Notes: generated by a model not told the origin, from the letters alone. 64,000 nt of DNA from Eledone cirrhosa (GCA_964016885.1 OZ024745.1:48546001-48610000), one strand, 5' to 3'. Positions 25,651 to 40,326 are shown, counted from the first letter of the stretch. Program-made: numbers and translations.

Positions 25651-28298
25651 CGTTATTCTGTGATAAAACAGACTGAGTCTTACTTTAGCAACAATAATAT
25701 GGGAAGTCAAGACATTGCTCTGTGATAAGACAGACTGAGTCTTGCTTTAGCAGTAACAATATGGGAAGTTAAGTCATTGTTCTGTGATAAGACAGACTGA
25801 GTCTTGCTTTAGCAGTAACAATATGGGAAGTTAAGTCATTGTTCTGTGATAAGACAGACTGAGTCTTGCTTTAGCAGTAACAATATGGGAAGTTAAGTCA
25901 TTGTTCTGTGATAAGACAGACTGAGTCTTACTTTAGCAGTAACAATATGGGAAGTTAAGTCATTGTTCTGTGATAAGACAGACTGAGTCTTGCTTTAGCA
26001 GTAACAATATGGGAAGTTAAGTCATTGTTCTGTGATAAGACAGACTGAGTCTTACTTTAGCAGTAACAATATGGGAAGTTAAGTCATTGTTCTGTGATAA
26101 GACAGACTGAGTCTTACTTTAGCAGTAACAATATGGGAAGTTAAGTCATTGTTCTGTGATAAGACAGACTGAGTCTTGCTTTAGCAGTAACAATATGAGA
26201 AGTTAAGTCATTGTTCTGTGATAAGACAGACTGAGTCTTACTTTAGCAGTAACAATATGGGAGGAGGGGTGGGTTAAGGTATTGTTCTGTGATAAGACAT
26301 ACTGAGTCTTACTTTAGCAGTAACAATATGAGAAGTTAAGTCATTGTTCTGTGATAAGACAGACTGAGTCTTACTTTAGCAGTAACAATATGGGAAGTTA
26401 AGTCATTGTTCTGTGATAAGACAGACTGAGTCTTACTTTAGCAGTAACAATATGGGAAGTTAAGTCATTGTTCTGTGATAAGACAGACTGAGTCTTGCTT
26501 TAGCAGTAACAATATGGGAAGTTAAGTCATTGTTCTGTGATAAGACAGACTGAGTCTTGCTTTAGCAGTAACAATATGAGAAGTTAAGTCATTGTTCTGT
26601 GATAAGACAGACTGAGTCTTACTTTAGCAGTAACAATATGGGAAGTTAAGTCATTGTTCTGTGATAAGACAGACTGAGTCTTGCTTTAGCAGTAACAATA
26701 TGGGAGGAGGGGGTGGGGGTGGGGGTTAAGGTATTGTTCTGTGATAAGACAGACTCAGTCTTACTTTAGCAGCAACAATATGGGAAGTTAAGTCATTGTT
26801 CTGTGATAAGACATACTGAGTCTTACTTTAGCAGTAACAATATGAGAAGTTAAGTCATTGTTCTGTGATAAAACAGACTGAGTCTTGCTTTAGCAGTAAA
26901 AATATGAGAAGTTAAGTCATTGTTCTGTGATAAGACAGACTGAGTCTTGCTTTAGCAGTAACAATATGGGAAGTTAAGTCATTGTTCTGTGATAAGACAG
27001 ACTGAGTCTTGCTTTAGCAGTAACAATATGAGAAGTTAAGTCATTGTTCTGTGATAAAACAGACTGAGTCTTGCTTTAGCAGTAACAATATGGGAAGTTA
27101 AGTCATTGTTCTGTGATAAGACATACTGAGTCTTACTTTAGCAGTAACAATATGAGAAGTTAAGTCATTGTTCTGTGATAAGACAGACTGAGTCTTACTT
27201 TAGCAGTAACAATATGGGAAGTTAAGTCATTGTTCTGTGATAAGACAGACTGAGTCTTGCTTTAGCAGTAACAATATGAGAAGTTAAGTCATTGTTCTGT
27301 GATAAAACAGACTGAGTCTTGCTTTAGCAGTAACAATATGGGAAGTTAAGTCATTGTTCTGTGATAAGACATACTGAGTCTTACTTTAGCAGTAACAATA
27401 TGAGAAGTTAAGTCATTGTTCTGTGATAAAACAGACTGAGTCTTGCTTTAGCAGTAACAATATGAGAAGTTAAGTCATTGTTCTGTGATAAGACAGACTG
27501 AGTCTTACTTTAGCAGTAACAATATGGGAAGTTAAGTCATTGTTCTGTGATAAGACATACTGAGTCTTACTTTAGCAGTAACAATATGAGAAGTTAAGTC
27601 ATTGTTCTGTGATAAAACAGACTGAGTCTTGCTTTAGCAGTAACAATATGAGAAGTTAAGTCATTGTTCTGTGATAAGACATACTGAGTCTTACTTTAGC
27701 AGTAACAATATGAGAAGTTAAGTCATTGTTCTGTGATAAGACAGACTGAGTCTTACTTTAGCAGTAACAATATGGGAAGTTAAGTCATTGTTCTGTGATA
27801 AGACAGACTGAGTCTTGCTTTAGCAGTAACAATATGAGAAGTTAAGTCATTGTTCTGTAATAAGACAGACTGAGTCTTGCTTTAGCAGTAAACAATATGA
27901 GAAGTTAAGTCATTGTTCTGTGATAAGACAGACTGAGTCTTGCTTTAGCAGTAACAATATGAGAAGTTAAGTCATTGTTCTGTGATAAGACAGACTGAGT
28001 CTTGCTTTAGCAGTAACAATATGAGAAGTTAAGTCATTGTTCTGTAATAAGACAGACTGAGTCTTGCTTTAGCAGTAAACAATATGAGAAGTTAAGTCAT
28101 TGTTCTGTGATAAGACAGACTGAGTCTTGCTTTAGCAGTAACAATATGGGAGGAGGGGGTGGGGGTGGGGGTTAAGGTATTGTTCTGTGATAAGACAGAC
28201 TCAGTCTTACTTTAGCAGCAACAATATGGGAAGTTAAGACATTGTTCTACAATACAACAGATTGAGTTTTGCTTTAGCAACAACAATATGGGAAGTTA
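25651..28298. repeat. 62-bp satellite, about 42 units
   Basis: Unit GTTCTGTGATAAGACAGACTGAGTCTT(G/A)CTTTAGCAGTAACAATATG(G/A)GAAGTTAAGTCATT; period checked 25779 to 25841. Confidence 0.96.
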
Positions 28299-28909
28299 AA
28301 AAAGAAACAAGGATCCTCTTGGTTTTTTATTTCCTTCTTTTGTTTTTTCTTCTCATCTTTTTCTTTTTATATTTGTAGATTTTATTTTAGTGTAGTCTCA
28401 TTAGATTATTCAGTGAGTGGTAAAAAATATATTTACCCTGCTAACAACTATAAAGCATGGAAAACAGATGTTATTGAAAAGAATAGTTTCAATATGTTTT
28501 CAACAAAAGAACAAGAAAATAAAATGTATTATATTGTTTCCAAAAGTAAAATTGTTACTATTTTTAGTAACCTTTTTCTCACAATGCTACAAGTGGACAC
28601 ATATGTATACATTTCTATATTTTCTATGTTTTTATTCTGATATTTTTTATTTTAAATTAAGGAACTTTAGTTACTTGAGTAATTATTACAGTTTTATTAT
28701 TCCACTATGTCTTGTCATATTATGAGAAACGGTCTTGTTGCTTACTTTACAAGTTTGTTGAGAGGATGTGTCATATATCAATCATTAAACATGATTTAAT
28801 TGTGAGATGTTTGCAGTAAGTAGTACTAGCAGCATAACGCAAGAATCTCTACAGGTTCATTCAACCTGCTAGAAACAACTGCTAAATCAACCTTAAATCA
28901 TATCCTACA

Positions 28910-29201
28910 TCTATATATATAAATTTGAGCGACTTCCATCCACAACACAATGTGTGTGTGTGTGTGTGTAAAAGGCAGGAAGGGGATGGTGAAACAACTT
29001 TAGCAAAACACCAGCTGGCGTTCCATTTGCTACGCTGTGTGTGAGTGTATGTGTGTGTTTGTATAAATGTATGTGTATTTGTGTGAATGTATGTCTATGA
29101 GTGTGTATTTATATACTCATACATAAAAATCTATGCATATGCACATATACACATGCACACACATATACACATACATGTCAGTGCATTGAAAAACATTCTA
29201 G
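28910..29201 (+). mobile_element. Non-autonomous Helitron
   Basis: 5' a|TCTATATATATAAA and 3' CTAG|t, no TSD; splits an older repeat whose uninterrupted form is seen at about 52950-53030. Confidence 0.7.
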
Positions 29202-29494
29202 TATCTTAAAAATCAAGACACATTGGACAATGTAGCCCTGTGTACAGAAAGAGATAGGATGATTACCATTGGAACATCTTTGACTATAGGTCTGCTTGGT
29301 CAAGGGGGACCCAGGACCAGTGATGGACCTACATTTTGGGAAACTCTGAAGCTTGAATTGTTATGGAGACCTCTTCACAACTGACAATAATAGATCAATA
29401 TAAAAAAAAATGGTTTCTGGAACCCCTCCAGAATTAAGAATCCTAAAGCTTAAGCTTTCTTAATTTCATAGTAGATCTACCATTTAGGTCCTCT

Positions 29495-29920
29495 TGTGTT
29501 GAATAGAACATTGGGTGACAAGCTTCCTCAATCTCGTGATCCTCTCCCATCTGTTCTAAGTGATGATGACAACCTTTAGATCATCTTAAAATGTACACTG
29601 CCAGGTGATCTTCAGTCTGCCTCTTTTCCATTTGTCTCTAGGAGCAATCCAAGTCATTGCTATTCAAGTGTTGATGATTTGGTAGGAGGAGGATGTTGTC
29701 ATTCAGACAGGAACGTTGCTCCATAATTATCTTTTGCAGTAGTCATGACTTTGCTCTCCTCAAGATTTCTTCATTTTAATCCAGTTCACAAGGTGGCCTT
29801 CATAATCCTTCTTAGTCACATTTTTGAAATAAATGCAGTTTTCTATCAAATGTTGTCATGCTTTTCCAGGTCTCACTGGCATAGATTGCTGTAGGGAGAA
29901 TGATGGAGTCATATAGGCTA
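29495..29920 (-). mobile_element. Degraded RTE-group LINE 3' fragment
   Basis: LYDSIILPTAIYASETWK...KRGRLKITW remnant with frameshifts. Confidence 0.65.
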
Positions 29921-30004
29921 AACAACAGTAACAATTAACAGTGTAGTTAAAAATATGTTATACTGAATATTGAATAGTATGTTATATTAGGTTCTATACT
30001 ATAT

Positions 30005-30510
30005 TAGCCACATGGTTTAATGGTTGGGAGTTGAATTTCTGGACCAGGTGGCACTTTGTGCCTTGAGCAAGACACTTTTATTTAATGTTGCTTCAGTCCA
30101 ATTAGCTGACAAAAATGGGTTGTACCTGTAATTCATTGTATCTGCTGAATCTGTCTGAGAACTCTGTTAACCCTTTACCATTTACATTACTCCATATTTA
30201 CTATTGTATTTTCACAGTAAAAGCTTTATCTTACATAATTATCTCACATAATATCGAATCTATGAGATTTTGATATTATTTATTTTGAGAACAATACTTT
30301 AACATAAGTATGAGTGGCTGATTATGGCTGGTTTGAACAGAAAGACGTGAGAGTATTCCGGCCAGATATGGTCAGTTTAAATGCTAAAGAGTTAAGGGTG
30401 CATGTGTTTGTGGAATGTTCAACCACTTATACATTAATTTCATAAGCAGGCTGTTCTGTTGTTTAAGTCAACTGCAACACCCATCATCGGAAATGATGGA
30501 GGATCAACAA
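30005..30510 (+). mobile_element. Degraded tRNA-SINE interrupted by a MITE
   Basis: CACATGGTTTAATGGTT head and CCTTGAGCAAGACACTTT core; resumes after the TTAA at 30392. Confidence 0.65.
30171..30391. mobile_element. piggyBac-type MITE, family A
   Basis: TTAA TSDs at 30167-30170 and 30392-30395; TIR CCCTTTA.CATTTA. Confidence 0.88.
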
Positions 30511-31077
30511 CATTTATATCATAGTGAATGTAAGAGTAAGTTATAACGAAGGCATAACATCAAAAAAAAAAAGAAACTACTGTTCCCAGGTTGCCTTTAT
30601 CATGTACAAATGTACTTACAATAACAGCACAACTTCACAATACATATCATTAATCAGATAATATCAACCATGTTACATCTAAATGTTGTAAAGCACCTCC
30701 TCTAAATATATATTAGGTTCTTTACAGTAACCTACTGTGATAATCTCACTAATTGTTACATAACTACAGATCATATTTATATGGTCTGCAATCACATTGA
30801 CAAAGATTTACAAGTGGGGAAAACAGCATACTACTCTTGCATGAAACTCCTACTTCTGTAATCCAGGTTCTGAGTATTCATAACAGCATTGTTTACATGC
30901 AATGTAGTTAATTGATAGAGTTATTAGGGCATTGGATTAAAAATGCCTCAAGATTTATTTGTTCCAACTCACTGAACTCTGAATTCAAATCTCCTGCAGA
31001 GGTTAATTTTGCCTTTCATAGTTTCCAAGTTGATAAAGTACCAGTTAAATACTAGGGTCAATTCTCCCTCCTCTCTC

Positions 31078-31152
<75 letters not shown>

Positions 31153-31863
31153 AAGAAATCAGCTGTGTTCCAACCTGAAGAGGGATGGGCTCCACCAGGT
31201 TTAAAATGCCCATGACATATAATGTGTCAGGATTGGTCCCCTACAACTCTATCATGAGGAATCCAGAGTTAAAATTGTTGAGGCATTTGTAGTTGCTTGA
31301 CAATGTATCATGTATTAGATAAGAAAGACTATGCATCACAGGTTTATAACTGAAATCCAATATACATCAGAAATCCAATATAAGCAAATATTGAATATAA
31401 AAGCAAGATGTGATTCTCTGATCAGTCAAGACTTGGACCATGATAACCTGTGCAACCCATGCCTGCATGGAAAGTAGACATGAATTGAGATGATGATGAT
31501 GCTGATGATATATAGCATAAGAAAGGTGAGAGAGAAAAAAAGACGGAGGGAGAAAAAGCAGGTTTTTAAAAATGAGGTACAAATAAAAATAAGTTATGCA
31601 ACTTATCTTTCAAATACTTTACAGAATTTAAGTTTGACTCCATAGAAAATCTGTCCACTACTGCACTTGTAAATTATCTGTGTATACAGTTTAGAATAAG
31701 TACACAGTATCCATGCATGTCATAAGAAATAACTAAAGGGGTTAGTGACAGGAATGGCATTCAGACTTAAAACATTATCTCAAACGAGACCTCATGATCA
31801 ATATGAGATCTGTGGCAAAGCCTGCAAGGCTTACCTTGAATTTAGCAAAAAAGATTACCTTAA

Positions 31864-32079
31864 CTCTTTAACATTTACATTACTCTATATATAATATCAT
31901 ATTTTCACGGTAAAGGCTTTATCTCACATAATTATCTCACATAAAATCGAATCTATGAGATTTTGATATTATTTATTTTAAGAACAATAACATCTGTATG
32001 AGTAGTCAGTTATGGCCAGTTTAAACAGAAACAGGTGAGAGAATTCTGGCCAGATACAGCTGGTTTAAATGCTAAAGGG
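31864..32079. mobile_element. piggyBac-type MITE, family A
   Basis: TTAA TSDs at 31860-31863 and 32080-32083; TIRs as above. Confidence 0.88.
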
Positions 32080-32199
32080 TTAATACACTTGTTGGTCGTT
32101 GCACTTATAAATGTTCGATTTTCATATTTCATACTTTGCTGAATGTATTCATTTGACAACATTTTGGAAAATGACAAATAGTGTTAAATATTAATGTGC

Positions 32200-32510
32200 A
32201 GATCTTATACAAGAAGTAGGTAATAAGGAAAGTGATGTTCCATAAATCAGAAATAATTTTCCTGAAGCAAATTAAGGACTTTTTTTGGAATGAACTGAAG
32301 TTGATTCCTTTTTTGCAATATTCTTACATTTTTATTTCTAATTCCTGTACAAATCTTATATAGGAAATAGGAGAAAAATAAGTAATGTGTTGTTCCATAA
32401 ATCAGAATTAATTTGTCAATATTCCTGAAACAAAATAAGGAGATTTTGTTAAAATGAACTGAAGAGTGTTGATTCTTTTATTGCAACATTCTTATACCTT
32501 TAATTCTAAT
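32200..32510. repeat. Diverged tandem duplication, two ~150-160-bp units
   Basis: TGTTCCATAAATCAGAA, TTCCTGAA, ATGAACTGAAG and TTGCAA.ATTCTTA each occur twice in order. Confidence 0.75.
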
Positions 32511-35500
32511 GTTAATAATTAGTATCAGTAGAAATTTCATTTATTAGTCAAAACATTTAAAGTTGAGCCAGTCTAATAATGGTTTTTAATTAAGCCAGAT
32601 GCCCTTCTTGCCACCAACCCTGTTAGTCACCTTTAATGACATGCAGGGGTACAGTGAATGTATTATAAAACCAGTATACACATGGTAGTCATCTATGAAA
32701 AACTAATATAAAATAGTATAAAATATGACAATTGAAAATAAGACTATTTATAAGTCTATAAAAAAAATACTAAGAATTCACTAATCTAAGTAGACCTGTT
32801 AAAAGACTGGCATTCATCAAATTACGAGGTACTTGTGCTTGTAAAGGAATGTCTGAACTTCTTGTTAAATGCTTTTCAACACCGAGGAGAACCTTTTGTT
32901 ATGACAACCTAAATTAACAAGATATACTTTCTAATTTTAATTCATGTATTATTTAGTATTTGAATCTGTAACAGTAAATTCTCAATGTGTGTGTATATAC
33001 TGTAAACTGAAGCTTCAGGGTCCTTGACTTTGTTTTCACAATGATATATTTTTAACTATCCTAGCTAATGTTAGCTTTGTTAGACTTAACCAAAAAAATA
33101 GGACTATTTTAGGACTGGGATTTTTTTTGTATCCCCATTCCTCAAATTAATGGAAATATATTTGTATATTTACAATGACAATGAATAGTTATTATACACA
33201 TATGTATAATGATTCTGAATAGGGAACAGTAAGTGCATGCACCATCTAGGGTGGTCCTTAATTTTGCCTTCTTTCCCTACCTAGAAAAAATACTCCACAA
33301 TACACCTCAAACATACTGAAAAAAAAAGTGCTGCCCAAAATGAACTGTTTTACCTAGATAGAGTGCTGGTGTTATATTCTCCAGTGATGACATGTTTTTG
33401 TATGAATTGTTAGAATGTATCTTAAGAAGTTTTACCTACTATTATATAAATATCATTAGAAATGTTTGCATTTTCTCTCATTCTTGCTTTAAAACTAAAT
33501 ACCGTCATGACTTATAAATGCAAGCATGGCTGTGGTTAAGTCCCATTGCATGACACTTTAGGCAAGTGTCTTGTACCATAGCCACCAGTTGACAAATGCC
33601 TTGTGAGTAAAATTTGGTAGACAGAAACTGTGTATATATGTGTCATCATCATCATCGTTTTAACATCCGCTTTCCCTGCTAGCAAGGGTTAGATGGGTCT
33701 ACATAAACCAAGTCAGTACTGAAGCAGCTACCAATCTCTCAGACAAGCCAGGGATTTGTTGTCTGGCTTATGTATGGCCTCACATTCTATCAAATGCGCA
33801 GGAGAGGTCCTGACTCTTTTCCTATATATATATATATATATATATGCATGTGTGTATATGTTAACTGCTTGTTTATATCTCATAACTTAATGTTTCAACA
33901 GTTTACTAACTGAAGCAAGTCAAAGAATAAAAGAATGACTGCATACACAAAACTTTTATTTTTTATTTCCTGAGAAGTCTCTGATTGTTATTAGAATCAT
34001 CCAATATTTAAACTTTGCATATCTCTTTGGTATTTTCAAATTCTCTCTCATCATCATTACCATCATCATCACCCTTTTATGTCTATTTTCCATGCTTGCA
34101 TGGGTTAGATGGGTTGTCACATTCTAAGGCCACTATTGCCACCTAACAAGGTGATCTGGGTGCTTTTATTGCTTTACCTTTAACAATGAATTAAAGAGCT
34201 TTCAGTTCAAAATTGTGTCTAACTGTCAACAGTAGATAAATCTAGAATCATTTGTCAAGTCATGTCTGGAATGTTTCAAGGAGAGTTTATTTAACTCTTT
34301 TGTTACCATATTTTTAATGAAATATAATGCATATCTGTTTCAAGTAATTTTGAAAATAATTAAAGCTTTGGCGTGGTTTAATGTAACTAACTTTTTCATT
34401 ACTGAACTGGGAATAGGAACCCAAATTAGCAAAAGGTTTATTCATAAAATTATGATGAGAGGTTTAAATTTAAATAGTGACACTTAAAATGAAAGATCTT
34501 GTATCACTGATCCAGGTATGGTCTCAAGCAGGTTAGCATCAAAAGGATTTAATTGAACAGAATCATGCTAAATAGTACCTTTCAATAATGAAGCTTTTGA
34601 TTCTATTTCTCATATGAGATTAATATCTTCATTAGACTTTACCAAATATTGGTCTGTAATTAATGTTATTAAGTAAGTAAGAATGTTTTATCAAATCTTG
34701 TTAAATAAATTAGATGTCTTACCAATAAGATTTATACAGATTTTTTTTTGTTTTCAAAGATCTGAATTGATATGTAGATTGAAGGAAAACGTAATATTGA
34801 TGGAGTACCAATGTTTAATCTTTTTGATACCAAACCACCTGAAACCATCTCTGCTTTTATGATATAAAAATAATAATGAAAATGATTGTGTACAGTGCTC
34901 AGTTGTTTAAATGTTTATATTTATCTAAAAATCTTTCTTCTATCATTATTTTAAGTAAGAACCTGTAATTAAGTTATGCTCCAAACACTAGAAATAATGA
35001 GAAAGTTACTAAATACCTTCAAATTATTGATTATTTTCAAAGTTATTGAAAATCATAGGCAGTGTCTTTCATTAGAAATATGCTAACAAAAAAGGTTAAA
35101 TGAACTGGATGTCTTACTAATAATATTTATTTTAAAGTAAACAAAACTGATATTAGTCTTTTAACACAGTGAGTAGGAGAATATCTATCAACTTTGATGT
35201 TAATAATTTCACCAAAGTCAACTTTGCCTTTCATCCTCTTGAAGTCGATAACATAAAGTAACAGTCAAAGACTGGGGTTGATTTAATTAACTTTGCCCTT
35301 CCCACCAAATTTGTTGTCCTTGTGTCTCAATTAGAAATAAATATTAAGAACATTATATGAATCTTTTTCTTTATTGTTAGTCAAGGAGGGAAGTCTTTTT
35401 TACAGAAAACTATGATGGAAGATGTTTAGATAGATATAAATACTTTAAAATAAACAGCTTAGTATCAAAGAACGAGGGGTGGTTTCAAGCAGTTAGGTAT

Positions 35501-37859
35501 CAAAAGGGTTAACACATATTTTCATCATTAAAGAAAAAAATATATAACTTCCATGTGAAAGAGGAATAAAAACGCCTACAAATTATTTTAATGTGAATAG
35601 TGTTTGGTATATGGAACCACTGAAATATATAATTCTTCTAATCAGCAGTGACCTGAAAATAATAAGTTATTGTTTCGGTTTGATGAGGCATGATATTGCA
35701 ATAAAAATAAGATATTTATAAAAGGGTCTTACCAGATGGAAAATGTAAAATTGCATTAGGAAAAAACACCCCACCTAAAAAAACCCCCAAAAAACCAAAA
35801 CACCTACTTTAAAACAACATTTCAAAAAGCAGAAAACAACAGATCTGATATTGTTCTCTATTGCATTTATTCAAAGAATCTATTATGAAGTTAATATCAC
35901 ATCAACACTTAGTAAGAAAGAAAACGTCTACTACTAACTGGTTATAGACTCTACTGCTGTTATACTTGCTCTACTGCTGTTATATATGCCTTACAGTATT
36001 TACACTTTACATTCTGAGTTCAAAATCCCACAGTGGTCTACATAAATGGTAGACTTAATCATTCATCCAGTCTAACACCATCTTTTCAATGCCTTTAGCA
36101 TGACCCATGTTGTTGCAAGCATTTGAATGAAGTCTTAAGTTTGAGGATACATTCTTGATTCCACCCATCCCATGAAAAGGGGCATAATACTGCCCTTCTC
36201 ACATAGCTAAGCAATTAAAAAAAATAATGTTGACCCCTTACCAAGCTCAAGTAAAACCTACATTGGAGAGGTGTTCATATATTTGTAGAAATGCTGTTGC
36301 TACACATACATACTTCTTAGACCACATCTAAAAGGTTATTTGACAAATTAGCATAAATTCCCTGATCAACTTAATACAACCATTAACTTATGGACACACT
36401 GTGTTTTCTCTCAGTCTCTGACTAACAAAGTCGAAAAATAATATTGTGAACATATTATCTCTCTAGTACATTACTTCAATTTAACAAATGAAATTGTTCT
36501 TCAGATATGTATATAATATGATATAACTAGCACTGATTTGAGTTTAGACTTTGTCTAGGTTTGAAAGGAAATGTTAAGTTGTTGAAAGTTGCAGCTGTCA
36601 GATGTTGTCGACATCTGAATTTCTTTTGTTTTCTGTTAATCTCCAGACTAAAATAACCATCTCTATAACACATGACTTGCTTCTGATGCCAACAACAGAT
36701 TGATGGTAAAAATATTAGAAGAAATGTGTGGAAGCTAAAAGTAATCTTTCTAAATACTCTCTTATTAGAAAATTTTTCTAAAAGCTATCTTTTTTCACAA
36801 TATGGGAAGAACAGGGTTGAGGACAGCTAGGTGATCTTAGCAGACAGTCTATTTCTAATCATAAACCAGGTTTAAGGTTGGAGAAAGTTATATAATTAGC
36901 TGTTGATATTCTTGTAAGAATTGTGGAAATACATAACAGACTTGAAAGAAGAAAAAATATGTAAAGTACTACAGACTATGTGTAGGAGTGAATTATCATA
37001 ATTATTGATGCTGTCATTGTTGTTTTTACGTTCACTTTTCCATGCTGGCTTGGGCTGGACAAGACGTTTTTGAGGCAACTTTTCCATAGTTTTATGCTTT
37101 TCCCAATACCAACATATACTTTATAATTTATTTTTTGACAGTGTAGTATTTAATGACAAGTTTTATCAAAACACTAAGCTGTGGCACATAAATAAACATG
37201 ACCACTTGCTTTAAACAATGTCAATATTAGAACACACAGTGACAGACTGGCACACATGTGCACGCACACACATATAAATATATAATATATTTCTAAAACT
37301 TTGTTTGTGTGTATCTGTCTGTTTCGCCCCCACCCCCAATCTCTCATTTTTATATAACACTCATTTGTACCTTCCCTTCTGACACACTGTGTGTTTTATT
37401 TCTTTTCTCAATACTTATTCACTTTCATTTATCATTTGCTCTCTCTCTCTATTGTTATCTATTTCTCTTTAATATCTCCCTTCTTTCTCACTCTCTTCCT
37501 TTTCTCAGTTGTTCAGTTGTTCACTCTTACTTTTAACAGCTATGTATTTCTCTTTCCCTTTTTTATCACTTCTCTCTCCTAATACTTTGGAACATTTTCT
37601 TTGGTCCACATTTGTCATTTACATAATTTATCATACATCAAATGTTATTTCATTAAAAAAGGCAAACAAAGAAACAGACAACATGTATATGTATGTAAGC
37701 ACATATGTATGTAAATATGTATATTTATGAAAAGCAGATGCATATGTAATATCAAACATTCTTGCTCACACACACATATATTTACATACATTAAAAGGTG
37801 TACGTTCCATGTACTATTTTAAATTCACTTTCATTTTTCTTTTTTTTTTTTGCTAGTTC

Positions 37860-38320
37860 TAGAGGAAGGGGCTATGCTTATGAAGTTTACAGGCCTTTTA
37901 AGGCTATTGATGCTCAGTTTTAATTGATGCAAGTTGATTTCTTTGTGAAAGAATTCCAGTGGGATGACATTTTGGGCAGGTAGAACTGGGTGTAGTGATT
38001 AGTGCAGAGCTTGGGGATATGGACGCAATATAGATGATGAGAGGAGGAGAAACCAGCCAGTTCAGAGGAGCAAATGGTATTGTAGTAGCAATAGAGATAT
38101 GAGCCAGAGGTTCAACAATTCTAAGGCAGAGTTTCAGAGTAAGCACATCATTGTAAACTTTTCTAAATCTGAAGGTGAACCTTTGAAAAATAGGGGTCAG
38201 TGCCATCCAGTGCTCACCATTGGCAATGGATTTGACATAACAACAGAATACTTAATTTTGCCAGTCAATGCATGGAATAGGTGAGATCCCAGCAAATTTA
38301 TAACACAATACATGAAAATG
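37860..38320 (-). mobile_element. Degraded Jockey/CR1-group LINE 3' fragment
   Basis: Remnant resembling FYRYYN..CSSELA and NL.S.K motifs across frameshifts. Confidence 0.4.
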
Positions 38321-39171
38321 CTGAAACTTGAACCATAAAAGTATAAGAGTGTTGGAAGAAATGAGTTAATTTTGTGAATTTACTATGAAGAGAAAGGATA
38401 GAATAAGATAAGATCATGATGAAGGATAGGGATAATTTACAAAGAGAGAAACTGTTTGTAGCTGTTTAGACTCAGGTCAACAATGATCCAGCAGATCAGT
38501 GACATTCTAACTATGACTATCGAGTCTGTTTCTCAGGTGTTGTGTATCTAAGAGTCTACAGTATTCAGTGTGTACTCTCTTTTTAAGATGCTAGAGTATA
38601 TTTCTAGTAGGTTGTGTATCCATGAGGAAGCTTCTCAGTTTGGTCTTTGTCACTAACAGAGGTAGAAACTTCCTAAATTTCATCCACCCCTGTTTTACCC
38701 CAGTTATTTTTACTTCAAGGGAAACTGCTACCCAAATAGGTAACAGAAAGATTTGAACTCAGAATTTGAACCAGAACAAATACTGCAAGGAATTTCATCT
38801 GTCACTAACATTTCTGCCAATCCACTGTCATAAACTAGTATTTTATTTTATTTTATTACGCCCCCCCCCCCCCCCCCCCTCCAAGAATGGTTTCTAATTT
38901 AGGCACAAAGCCAACAATTTGTGAAAAAGGGAAAATTGATTGAGGCCTAAATGACAGATGGCAGTAAAATGACAAGGCTGTATTTTAGTTGGCTTCTGTC
39001 AATAGTAGTTAGTTACTATCATTGTTCTCCACAGACAGTAACTGGAATTAAAGGAAAATATGCATACATACCCAAATAGCAGCCCTGGTAATTTGTTGCT
39101 ATTTTATGGGGTATGTGTATTTTGTTTTGATTTCAGTACTTTGTTTTTGTGTATATATGTCTATAGTCATA

Positions 39172-39206
<35 letters not shown>

Positions 39207-39270
39207 TGTATATATATGCATGCTACTGTACGTCTGTATACATATATGTATGTACGTATACACACATACT

Positions 39271-39333
<63 letters not shown>

Positions 39334-39356
39334 GTCTATATGACTGTAGACATGTA

Positions 39357-39743
39357 CAGTGTAGCCCCACCATTCGTGGCCTCAGTTATTTGCAGAATCT
39401 TCCTTAGGACCTAACTAATAATTGTTCATGGAAATCACTGCATATTCGCGGACTCATAAATATCTTCCACGATTTTTTAATGGCTTTTTTTGTGGCAACA
39501 TATATTTTTTCACTCTTTTTAAATTATTAATAAATTATTAATAAATTATTAATAAATTATTAATAAATTATTAATAAATTATTAATAAATTATTAATAAC
39601 AATATACCATATTTGCTGGCCTATATTTTACATTATGTTTTGACGTTTATAGGTACTTTTATGGACCACGTCCAATATTCATGGTTTTTCACTCTTCGTG
39701 TGAGTTCTAGTAATGTAACCCATGAGAACACCAGAGCACAACT
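39357..39743. mobile_element. Possible Tc1/pogo-type MITE containing an 11-bp array (AATAAATTATT)n at about 39520-39598
   Basis: TA|CAGT...ACTG|TA ends; internal TATTCGCGG motif; TIR match is weak beyond 4 bp. Confidence 0.45.
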
Positions 39744-39813
39744 GTATATATATATATACTATGACTAGTGTATATATGTCTTTAGTCATAGTATATATAT
39801 GTCTATAGTCATA

Positions 39814-39852
<39 letters not shown>

Positions 39853-39932
39853 TATAGTCATAGTATATATATATCTATATATATGTCTATAGTCATAGTA
39901 TATATATATATATATATGTCTATAGTCATAGT

Positions 39933-40209
39933 CAGGGGCCTCGTTTGCCTTAAAAATGTGAGGGGGACAAACCAACATTTGTTGATTCCTAAAGGAGCAT
40001 AAATTGCTTATGGTGCCTTTCCCAGACCCTATCATAGAAGTAAAATTTTACACTAATTAAATTTTATATATTCAAATGAAGTTCAGATATGATAAAAATA
40101 AGCTTAAAAAGAATTTATTATATCAAATAAACAAAAAATAAAATATAGACTCTTGAAAAAGTGGAGGGGGGGACTTGTCCCCTGGTACCCCCCTGAAACA
40201 AGGTCCTTG
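39933..40209. mobile_element. hAT-type MITE
   Basis: TIRs CAGGGGCCTCGTTT / AAACAAGGTCCTTG; 8-bp TSD GTCATAGT (39925-39932) / GTCACAGT (40210-40217). Confidence 0.75.
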
Positions 40210-40326
40210 GTCACAGTGTACCTACCTACAGGTTATAAGGATGAGTGTACTTTATCATAAATACTTTGTAGTTTTCTTCAGTTAACAGAGGAGAGATTGG
40301 ACTCCTAGACAGTGATTTAGGGGTTA

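Noticed and set aside
25651-28298. CRISPR-like appearance of the 62-bp and 36-bp arrays
   Set aside because: No unique spacers and no cas genes; eukaryotic context; these are plain tandem repeats
31165-31240. CTGAAGA followed by a hairpin next to (TA)n as a hammerhead
   Set aside because: GAAA core absent (GACA) and stem I unconvincing
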